Assembly (NCBI GenBank): GCA_013239625.1
Contig: MU056050.1
Location: 6,527,715 to 6,581,592 of the forward strand
Direction: 5' to 3'
DNA length: 53,878 nt
Source: Lama guanicoe
Lineage: Eukaryota
Position numbers and translations under genes: made by a program. Shown here piece by piece: positions 22,256 to 32,932 of this stretch (position 1 is the stretch's first letter; each line of letters begins with the position of its first letter). The notes beneath the pieces are model-generated. The model was given only the letters and a program-made list of their open reading frames with translations. It did no database searches and had not been told where the DNA came from.

Positions 22256-25155
22256 CTTAGGAGCCCAATGACCAAATAAACAAAGAGCAGGTTCGATACC
22301 TTCCGTGTCCAGATGGGGAAACTACAACAGCAGCCCAGAAAAAGGAAGGGAACTGCCCAAGGTCACGCTGCCCTTTGGGGCCACAGTTGGGATGAGGTCC
22401 CCAGCATCCTGACTCATCTCTGGGCTGGCTCCTCTCACTGGCTCTCAGTGTGCCTCCGTCATTCCCTTACTGCTGCTAACGAGCAAGCTGAGGCCCGAGG
22501 AGACCGGTTTGAGGTCACACAGCTGTGACAACAGTGGTGATGATGGGACTGAGCTACATTTTTTTACACTTTAAATCCTCTTTGGAATAGAAAAGAGCCT
22601 GCTTAGATGACACATGCACACACACACAAAGAGTCTAAATGGTTCATTTTCAAAATTACAACTAAGTCAGTCCTCTCTCATTTGCCCGCCAGCTGCTCCA
22701 GCTGTTCGTGGGCTGGGGCCACAGAAGGGGCGGGGCTGGCTACTCTTCAGCCAGCTAAACCACGTCAGCAGTGAATTTTACCAACTCGCTGGGCATTTCC
22801 TCAAATCAGTGGCTGGGCACTCTTGGCGCAAAAAAAAAAAGAAAAAAGAAAAAAGAAATATGAAAGATTCAATAGCTACAGTTTCCTCTCTGTCCATCTC
22901 TGTCCTCCAGGGTTCTCTCAGCTGTAAGTGTGAGGCGCTCCCCAGCCCCGCCCAGCCAACCCTTGCCCTGAGGCTGGCCCATCTCCTCACTTCCTTGTTT
23001 CTTTATGAAACAGGAACTGAGCAAGCAGCTCAAATGAGGTAGGATGGGTGGTTGAGAAAGCCCCAATGGTCCACAGCAAGGCCATGAAGCTGAAAAGCTA
23101 ATTTCCCTCCCAGCGGTCCTGAGTAGTCCTAGGCCCCCTTACTTGTCACACCTCCTGTGTTCCAGAATAGCTTGGACTGAGGGACCCAGCCCTTGACAAG
23201 GTGGAGACACACAGGATATGGGCCCTAGGGTCATGTAGCAGGGATTCAGTCGGGGCCCATATGAGATGTAGAAGCAGGTGACAAGGCAAGAGGAGAAACT
23301 CCAGATGGAGCCTGGAGTGAAATTACGTGGGGTCACCCACCAGGTACCAAACTTTCCATGAGCTTCCACTGGGCTGAGAGCACTCTCTATACGTGTCATC
23401 TGGGTAAGGCTGGTTACACTTACACACACATGCACACACACGCAGATGTGCATGCGCACACACAAACACCACACTCCCCCCCACCCCCGCAAGGCCCACA
23501 TTATCATTGTTACCATCTTCACTAGAGCTCACTCCCCAAGGTCACTTGCCCGAGGTCATGTAGCCAGTAGGTGATGTATGGCAATTTGGATCCAGTTCCA
23601 CCTGACTCCATTTCTAGGGGATGTTCTTCTGCTCCCCCTCTTCCCTAGAGCCCCATGGACTGCTCAGTGACTTTTGTTCTTGTAACCTTGGACAGATTCC
23701 TAGGCAAAGCAGCCCAGTCTCTCCGTCTCCCATGGAAAGGCTCTCCAGTGACTCGTGAGTGTGTTTTTATCTGAATACCAAAGCCCAGCCTCCTCTTCTG
23801 ATGGTAATTGCCACAGCTGCCTGCAGGTGTTTTTTGTTTTCAAACCAAGACCTCAAAACGAATTCAGAAATTCAGAGATGACTGTCTTTCCCTCCCATCA
23901 GCCTCTGGGCTCCCCAGCGTTCCTTGAGCTGCAAGCTTGGTGGGTACTGTCTGTGTCCGTGAGGAAAGGATGCTTCCTGCCCAGGCCCCTCGCCCTCTTC
24001 TGCCCTCCTCCCACCTGCACATTTGCTCTCCTCACCCTACCAGCTTAAAATGACCGCCATGAAATCTGATAATGGGTCAGGCTACCAAGGTGGACTTCAC
24101 CTTGGAAATGCCCAGGTATTTCCAAGGGACGATGTGGTCTCTGCTTGAACATTTCTCAAGACAGGAAGATCACTACTTTTCAGGGGCGAGCTAGTACCAT
24201 CTGCATATTAACAATGTCTTCCTTGGACTGAACCCAAACCTCCCATTTATCTGTTCCCCATCATTCCTGGCCACCCAGAATACATCCCCCTCCTCTATAC
24301 AACAGTTGTTTGAAGTCCACTTGCTTCCCCATCCCAACCCTCTAAGCCAGATATGACTGGTGTTGAGTACTCCCCAGGTTGACTAGGGCTCCCCTATAGA
24401 TCGCCCGCATTGAAACAACCCTAACTGTCCAGCTTTTATGCCTATGGTGCCACTTCCAGACGCCCTCCCCATCCTCATCACTCCCCTCTGCTTCAAGTTG
24501 GCCCTGCGGCACCTCAGCCAGCATAGGGTGTCAATTCTCTCACCTCCTAGTTCAGGAACTCTGCATCAGAGGCACTTGAGCCACTGTGGTTAATAGTACA
24601 GGCCCTGAACCCAGACCAAGCCTGTGTTTAAAACTCAGCTCCCGCCCCTTCCTAGCTGTGTCGTCTTACAGTTTGCTGAACCCCTCTGAGCCTTGGCTTC
24701 CTCCCTGGAAAATAAGGATAACAGCAGTGCCTGCCTCATAGGGTTGTTGTAAAGCCCACCAGCACCTGCCCTGTAGTGTTATTATTTTCAACTGGATGCA
24801 GGTGGCAGGGAGAAGTGAGAAGAATCATTTGGGAAATTTTTCCAAATTTAGGTATTGCTTATCCAAACTCTTATGCGTTCTCTCAAATCAGGACTGTACC
24901 CATTCAGAGAGTGAAGGATGCTTTCCTACATGTCTGGGTCCCAACTGCCCAAAATATCCCACCCATGATCATCTGCCAAATTGGAATCTCTGGGGGCAGG
25001 TACAGATGCGGAGGGAGTTGCTCTATCTGAATGCAGGCTACAGTGATGACCTTTGTATATTTAGCAGCCCTGTGTCTGCCCTCTGAGGATTCACCCAGAT
25101 CTATCAGTTGAACACGCCCCCGCACCCACTCCCACCCCACCCCCTGCTACCCTGC

Positions 25156-25198
25156 AACACACACACGCACATGCACACACTCTCTCTCTCTCTCTCTC
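25156..25198 (+). repeat. Compound (CA)n-(CT)n microsatellite
   Basis: acacacacacgcacatgcacacactctctctctctctctctc. Confidence 0.85.
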
Positions 25199-25839
25199 CC
25201 CCCACAATATTGCTGCTAAATCAAGGCTCTCCTGCCCTACATTTATACTGGATACATCTTCGCCATAATAATTCCAATTTAAATTACTCACTTATGGGGA
25301 GGGGGGAGGATTAAATAATGTTTTTGAAGTGACTAATGTAAGCTCTTGGCAAAGAACAAGTGCTGGGCAGGTGTAAACTTGCTGCCCCATCTAGGATGTA
25401 AGCTCCCAGGTGCAAGGGACCTTGACAGCTATTCATCTTGCATCTCCTCAGAGTGCCTGGCACAAGGCTGCCCAGAGAGCTCTGAGGTCCTGTTTGCCAG
25501 CCCATTATCAAGTTTGAGGTGGCCTTGTTCACAGTACTGACCTGGATCACTTCTTTAGCTAAGGGCTTTGTGTACCTGCAATGTAACCTATAAAATGCAA
25601 ATATGTTGCCCGGAAGGGAAACCTATTAAAGTGTTTAGGGCCCATTAGCCAGCTGGAGCCTGACCTAATGGGCTGGGGCCAGGGCAATCTGCTGGGAGAG
25701 AAAAGTTGGGGGAAGGCAAGTCTGGATGGGGGAGCCCTGGACCCCCAGAGCGGGGACTGCCTACCCGAAGAGACAGATCTGAAGAGGAGCCAGAAGGGCC
25801 AGAGCGCAAAACTTCTGCTCCCTTCGGTCCTGGGGGCTG

Positions 25840-26345
25840 GTCGTCTCGTCTCTCCGTGCTTCTCTCGAGGTCCCCCCACCCCACAAAAAACCGCTGCCTG
25901 TTCCCAGGCCTCGGCGAGGCTGTCGCGTCCGCCCAGCGCTGGGGTTAGGTGGCTGCCTTTGAAGACTCTGCGGTTAGTGTGTGAGCTCGGCTCGCTGCCG
26001 GGGCTGCGCAAACAGGAAGCCGGCACATCCTGCGCGGGCCCGGGACATGCCGTCGCGGCGCGGGCCGGGAAAGTTCTGCCAGCGGCTGCCCCCACCCTCA
26101 CCCAGGCCGCTCCGGCCGTCGGAGCCCCTGCAGCCGCGCCCGGCACCCAGCGCCCCCGATCGCGCCCGCCACCGAGGGCCCGCAGGGTCCCTCACACCGC
26201 GCGGTGCAGCCGCGGGCAGTTTCCGCGCCCGCGCTCGGGGCAGCCTGGGAGGGGCTTTCAGGCTGGAAAGCGCAGGCCGGGGAGGAGGGGAGTGGCGGGA
26301 GGGAAGCGTGCTGGGGGCGCCGATCTTTTGGAGGGTCGGCCTGGC
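25840..26345. promoter_or_regulatory. CpG island between XPNPEP2 and SASH3
   Basis: About 500 bp that is very GC-rich with dense CpGs (e.g. cgtcgcggcgcgggccggg, ccgcgcccgcgctcgggg), unlike the CpG-depleted flanks. Confidence 0.8.
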
Positions 26346-27417
26346 AGGCTGAGTAGGACAGAGCCAAAGAAGTACGGTTTCAGCTTGGGGGAGAAGGACT
26401 GTCTCTCCTGAGCTCACCCGGACCGATGAATGGTGGGAGGGCGTAGGGCAGGCTGGAGAGTAAGGGTGGAGGAAGTCACAAGAACATCTTGGGAAAGGGG
26501 AGGGCCAGCCTCTGATTTCACAAGTGCCCCAGAATGGAAAGCCTTAATAAGATGCACACCTTTTACCCCCAGGATTCCCTTTTTGGAAATTTAGCCTAAG
26601 AAAAAATTCATGACTGTGAATATTTACCTTAAGGATGTACCGTGAAGAGTGAAAAATCAGCCAATCTAAGTTCATCTGCAGGGGCCTGGTGAAATAAACA
26701 TGGTGCATTCATACAGTGGGCTGCTGGGGGGGTGCATTACAAATCACGTAGTAGAAGCACATTTCACGGCATGAAAAAATCTTTTTTTTAATTGAGGTGT
26801 AGTATGAGAAAATCTTGATACCGTGTTCAATTTGACAAGCAGATACAAATGCAGTGTGTGAAGTATGACTTTTTTAATTTTTAAAAATTTAAAGACAGGG
26901 TCATTTAGGTATAACTGAGCTACAATAAACTGCACATTTTTAAATCATACCATTTGTTGAGTTTACATATGTACACACTGATGAAACCATCACCACAACC
27001 AAGGTTGTAAACGATCCATCACTCCCCAAACTGTCCTGGTGCCTCTCCTGATCTCTCTCTCCCCATCCCCCCCCCCAACCATTGATCTACATTCTGTGCA
27101 AATCATGCTTTGGGGAGAGAGAGAGAGGTTAAATGCTCAAAAACAGAAAAGAATATTCATTCAAATAGTGTAGAAGATAATTATGGAGAATTTTGGAATT
27201 TTCTTCTTTTTGTTTATCCGTGTTTTCTAAATTGTATATGATGAATATGAATTGCTTTTGTAATAAGAATAAGTCATTAAAGTTATTAAAATATCTGCCA
27301 CAGATAACCCACAAAGTGAGCATTCTAAACTTAGCACAAAGACATTCTAGAAATGCCTGCTGCACAGGACATTTGCTGGTGGTGTTGAGTCGCTTGCAAT
27401 TGCTTTTTTTTTTTTCA

Positions 27418-28090
27418 TGGTGATGGCTGTGGTGGTGATAAATATAAGTGATGATGGCCAAGGGATGTTGATTCTAGGTGTGACTGCTTTGGTGAGGATG
27501 GCTGTAGGTGTGCCAGTGATAGTGAGGATCACAGCTGCAGGGTGATGACCGAGAGGAGATGGCTCTAGGGGTTATGGTTGTAGGGGTGAGGGCATCAGTG
27601 GGGATGACTGACTATAGCAATAATGTCTGTAAGGGTGACAGCTCTGAGGATCATAGCTGCACAAGTGATAGTGGCAGTGGCGAGGCCGATTGAGGCAGAT
27701 GGCTGAGGGCTGTTTTAGCAATGATGTCTGTAGTGGTGCTAACGGCTGTGGGATGACTGCAGGGATGATAGCTGAAAGGTGTTGGCTGCAGGGATGCCTG
27801 CAGGATGATGGCTGTAGGAGGTAAGAGTGTCCTGCAGGTGGCTGGCTGTAACATCCATAAGTGTAACAGTGGGGAGGACGATGGTTGTAACAATGAGAGC
27901 CGCAGTGAGAATTACTGTAGGCATGATGGCTGAGGGTGTCGGCTGCAGGGATGGTTGCTCTAGCACTGATGACTGTAGGTGTGCCGACAGCAGTGGAGAT
28001 GACTTCAGGGGTGCTGGCTGTAAGGTGACGGCTGTAGCTAGGAGTGACGGTTATGGGGGGATGGTAGAGGTAGTGACGGCAGTGATGACC
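27418..28090. repeat. Degenerate ~15-bp tandem repeat / low-complexity tract upstream of SASH3
   Basis: Many recurrences of GATG(G/A)CTG(T/C)AG-like units with strong G/T skew. Confidence 0.65.
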
Positions 28091-28319
28091 TTGGCGTTGC
28101 CAGGAGACCAGGAGCATTGGCCCAACAAGCAGAGAGATGGTCCCACTTCTGGTTTCTGGATTATGATCAGTGAGACAAAGGGCTTGAGTAGGCCACATCG
28201 TGTCAGGCTGATTGGCTGAAGGACCAGTGATGGTTGCCATGAGATGGCAGGGTAGGGACTTTTCTCTGCCTGTTCAACCCAAGAGCCGTCTGCATCAGAA
28301 TCTCTGGAGACCGAAGCTG

Positions 28320-28576
28320 GGACTTCCTTCCTCCCTAGGGGCCAGCAGGGGCTGCGATTGCTGTAAGAGCAGGTCACGTGACAGGGCTTCCTGTATGCCA
28401 CTGCCGCCTGGTGTCCATGGCCCGCACCCCCAAGCTGCCACTGCAGCAGTCAGAGTGGCAGCCAGAGGCTCAGTCCATGCCGTGCCTCCTGGACGGTGCT
28501 GGTGAGGCTGAGCAAGAGGCCTCCGCATCTCAACACCTACAAGAGCAGGGACGGAGTATCACCAGTGTAGAGGACC
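28320..28576 (+). promoter_or_regulatory. SASH3 proximal promoter / 5' UTR (no TATA seen; E-box and ETS motifs)
   Basis: Palindrome GTCACGTGAC 28373-28382 next to CTTCCTGT (ETS, ACAGGAAG on -) 28387-28394, about 190 bp upstream of the ATG. Confidence 0.6.
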
Positions 28577-28633
28577 ATGTTGCGCCGTAAGCCCTCCAAC
28601 GCCGGTGAGAAGGAGCCCACTCAGAAGAAAAAG
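28577..28633 (+). CDS. SASH3: SASH3 exon 1 coding part
   Basis: ggaccATG (A at -3); MLRRKPSNAGEKEPTQKKK; donor AAG|gtgagg. Confidence 0.95.
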
Positions 28634-31600
28634 GTGAGGAGCATCTTTGGGAACTGATTGCTTCCTTCCCTCTGCTCTCTCAACCCATCTTCTCCAGGGC
28701 TCACAGAAATGGGAAGAGCCAAAGGCCATATGTTTAGTCTCTAGACAAGGGCCATTCTCCCAAGGGCAATGGGACACGGGCCCAGAGGTTACTAGAGTAA
28801 CAGAAGTACAGAAGAGAGTTACAAAATTCTGAGAAACAGAGTTACAGATACAGTCTTAGAAGTCTAGAGTTGTAGAATTCAACCCTGCGATGCTGTAAGA
28901 CAGAAACCTAAAATTCAGGACCAGAATCTTAGAGTTCGAGAATCATAAAATACCATTCTCAAGTTGAATCTTAAGACTGTACTTAATTCTCTCTCCCCTA
29001 CACCAGTCCCGCCACTGCTTCTGTCTGAGCCTGCCTCTCAGGGGCCATCTTACTCAAAGGGCTCCGCTGGGCCACTCAGCTAGGAGCCATGATGCTCCCA
29101 GGGCCCCTGCCCTTTGGCCGTAGCCCAGGCTTTGCCCACTTGCTTCAACTCTGTTGTACCTCCTGGGGCCCACAAGAGAGGGTGCTAACCTGGAGATGGG
29201 GCCCCACACAATTTGCAGACTCAGGGAAAGGGCCTCCAAACCTACAATGAGACACAGGGGGCATACAGCTTCATCCCGGGAGGGGAAAAATTATTTGTGA
29301 AGGATGAGAAATGAAGCTGGTGAGAAGGGGAGTAGGAGTGAAGGCTAATGAAGAAAAAATTCTGTGGGGGGATTTTAAAGGCCAGGAAGAAAAGCAGCCG
29401 CTATAGGCAGCTGAGGTGTTCACCTTCCTGGAGCTATGAGGCCAGACTAGAAGATACCTTGAAGGCTCTGCCCACAGCTAGGTTTCTCTAGTTGGATTTG
29501 AGGATTTCTAGACTTAATTCTTTGATTTGACTGTAAGAATCCCCCAGGTAATCAGCCAGTACGTGCTGCGCATCCAGCAGGATCCAAGGACCATCCCAAA
29601 GTAGGCCTGAACCAGGTCCCAGAGGCCGAGCATAGCCATGGGTCAAGGTCTGGGGCCTCCAGGCCCTCACTGTGTCCTGCCGGTTTCCCCTGGAGCCCAG
29701 CCCAGGTGCTTCATGGGGGAGCCCCTTTGTCGGGGGAGCAGCCCCCAGGCAGAGACTGAGCCAGCTGAGTTGCTGAGCCTCAGGGCACTGGGGTGTGCAT
29801 CCTGCCCCATCTCAGGTCCTGGGGTGGCTGCCACTTCCGGCTGTACTCTCTGCACCCCAATGGCTTCGCTAAGGTTGCAGTGGAGGTGGGCGGGTGGGAA
29901 AGAGATTTACGATTCTTCACACCAGCTCTGTCACCCCTGTCCAAGCTCTGTGCGCCGCTAGCCCCAGCAGACTTGCCATTGGCTGCCCCTCCTTGGCGAG
30001 CGGGTCCATTTCCCCTTGCTCTCCGGCTGCTGGGGGTGGGAAGCAGAGACCGCTCTAGACCCTGCTGGGCCCCAAACCACAGGGGAGCTGAACTGGAGGA
30101 AAGAGGCTGAGAAAGAGCGGACACTGGGACCCTGGGTCACCTCAGGTGGAGGTGCTCAGTGGCTCACAGAAGCCAGAAGTCCCATCTTCTTTCCCGACTT
30201 CCATTATCCAGATTCTGTGTCTGGTGACTGGGCCTCCAGGATTTTCCCCTGGTCTCTCCCAGGAGAGTAAAGGCCCTGGTGGCCCTCTGAGGGCCATGTC
30301 CTCCCGGGGAGTGCTGTCCAGGCCAACCCCACCTCACCCCTGCAGAACCTGGACCGGCCTCCAGAGCCACTCTCCAAGGCTTATCCCCATGGAAGTGTCC
30401 TTAGAAAAGACAACTTTTCAGAAGGTAGAGACAGCATCTTCCCCAGGCCTGGAGGCAGAGGCCAGGCTCCAGCACTGTGACTTGGGCAAGTCCCTTCCCC
30501 TCAGAGGCCAAGGCGATGTGGTGGAGGGGAAAGCCTCCCTCTCCTGCCCCAGTCCTCCCCTCAGGCCGACCAAGCAGAGATGTGCTGGGCACGGGACAAG
30601 AAGGTGGAGTTGGAATCCTACCAGGTTCCAGCTGTAGGACCTTGGACAGTTCACTAACCTTCCTTGGGCCTCAGTTTCCTCACCTCGGAAGAGGGGAATC
30701 GTTACTGATTTGCCCACCCCAGGAGGGTGTAGGGATTGCCTGGAACAATAAATGTGAGCACACCCTGTTGCATGTGTGCATGTGCACACGAGGGGGTGAT
30801 GGTGCAGGTGTGGGTGAAGGCGGGGAGGACACCGCAAAGAATGAACCTTGGTCTCAGCCCTGAAGTGGAGAAAACAGGACTTACTAGCCCATCAGGTGCC
30901 AGGCATTGTTCTGTGCACTCTACCCACCTCGTAGCTTGTTGGCTCTTCACGACAATCTTGTGAGGTAGGGACAGGCATTGTCTTTATTTTATGCCTGAGG
31001 CTCAGGGAGGTGAAGGACTTTCCCAAGGTCACACAGCTAGTAAGCTGCAGAGCAGGGATCCAAGCCGAGATTTGTCAGTGTCCAGAGTCTTAACCCCTTC
31101 TCCCTCTATTCTCTTGTCTCCCTACTGATCTCAGAAGCACTAGAAGAATCTGATAAGCATAAAAGACTCAACCTATCAGCAGGAGGGCTCTGCAGGGCCG
31201 ACCTAGATGGCTATGGAATGAGTGACCTTCCAGGCAACAGAGTCAGGAACAGACCCTCCAAGATGGTAGGGTCAGGATGTGGCACCTACTGTGCATCAGG
31301 AAGGACTAGGGAGACCCCCAGGTTGGGGGACATACCCTTTGGTTGCCTTTTGGAGACTTTCACCTCCATCAAGGTATCTCTGCACTCCCTCATCATCTGT
31401 TGAAGTGTAGGAAGTGGAAAGGGGTTTGTCCTGGAAACTGCCTCCCCTAAGGATGGTCCTACCACACCACACCCCTACTTTTTGACTATACCCCAGACCT
31501 CACACCAGTGGAAATGCAGAGGAATCGTTTAATTCAAATGCTCAACTGTCCCCTCCCTCCAGTCTCCCCCTGCCCCTTTCTTCCCCAATTCCAAAACACT

Positions 31601-32507
31601 ACTTCCCTTGGGGTTCCCTTCCTACAGCACCCCTCTGGCATGACGCCTCCCCACCAGCATGCACTTCACATTTCCAGTGGCTCCTCACTGCACACAGACT
31701 AATGCCCAAGTTAATTGACAAAGCTGGCAAGGGCCTTCCGCGGCCTTTTCTGCTCCACCTCCCACCCCACACACTGGTGTACCCACCATCCCAACACCAC
31801 GCTTTGAACATCCCTAACTCTCACTCTCTGTCAAACTTTTCCCAGATCCACCTGGAGAAATCCTGTCTCTCCTGCACACCCCAGCTCAAATGTACCTCCT
31901 CTTCCACGAAGCCTTCCCAAGTCCTTCTGCCTCCATGTTCCCACCTGATCTCCTGGTAGCTCCTTTCAAATAACACGCGCAGTCACCATTGCCCTCAATC
32001 CACTTCTATACTGGGGCATGACTTCGTGAGCTCTGAGCATAGCAACAAGCACAGGCTTCCAGAGTCACAGACATGGGTTCAAACTGTTGCTCGTCCCACT
32101 GCCAGCTGAGTGACTCTGCCTAGGACATTTCATTTCTCTGAATCTCAGTCTCCTCTGCTGGGAAGTGAGGATGTAAGACATGGCTGTGGTGAGGCTGAAG
32201 TGAGCTGGCACACATGAAGTGCTTGGCAGGGTGCTGGGCACAGGGGAGGTGTTTAATCCCTCCTTACTGGATACTCACACATGCACCTGCAAGTGCCCAG
32301 AGCCCAGAGGGTGCTCGCTGTACGACTGGTACGCTGAAGGAGCTGAGAGGGTCGCTGCAGAGACACCTGGGGAAAGCCGGGAAAGCCGAGCTTGCTTAGG
32401 AAGCAAGGAAAGAAGATGCCAGCAGAGGCGGTGCGAGGCTCTGAGGGGGGAGATCAAGGAGGGCTTCCTGCAGGGGGCGGTGCCTTTAAAACTGGATTTG
32501 AAAAACC

Positions 32508-32932
32508 TTTTTATTGAAGTCTAATATCCATCCAAAGAAGTGCATCAATCATAAATGTAGCACGCAATGAATTTCTATAAAGTGAGCATACGCATGTAGG
32601 TAGCACTGAGATCGAACAGAGTACTTCCAGCCCTCCAGAAGCTTCCCTCATGCCCCTGCCAGTCACAGCATGCCCCCTTTCCCCAAGAGCAACTGCTGTC
32701 CTGACTTCCAACAGCTGGATTACTTCTGCTGGATTTTGAACTTTCCACACAAGGAACCATATAATATACCCTGGTGGCTGGTCCCTTCTGCCCCACGGTG
32801 TATCTGTGCGACTCATCATATTGTTGGGGAGAGCTGCATGAAGCTCATCGCCATGTGCTATTCCCTTGTGTGACTCTGTCACAATTCACAGATCCACTCT
32901 TCAGTTGATGGGCATTTGCGTTGTTTCCAGTT
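32508..32932 (-). mobile_element. Old L1 (L1M) 3' end
   Basis: tttttattgaagtctaatatcca...ccagaagcttccctcatgccc...ttgatgggcatttgcgttgtttccagtt. Confidence 0.7.

Noticed and set aside
25559..26417. Long ORFs on both strands (247, 195, 147 aa)
   Set aside because: They overlap the CpG island where stops are rare; Ala/Arg/Gly/Pro-rich in all frames with no recognisable domain.
27572..28240. 222-aa minus-strand ORF as a mucin-like gene
   Set aside because: The repeat-like peptide is split across frames, with no signal peptide or splice support; kept only as a repeat finding.
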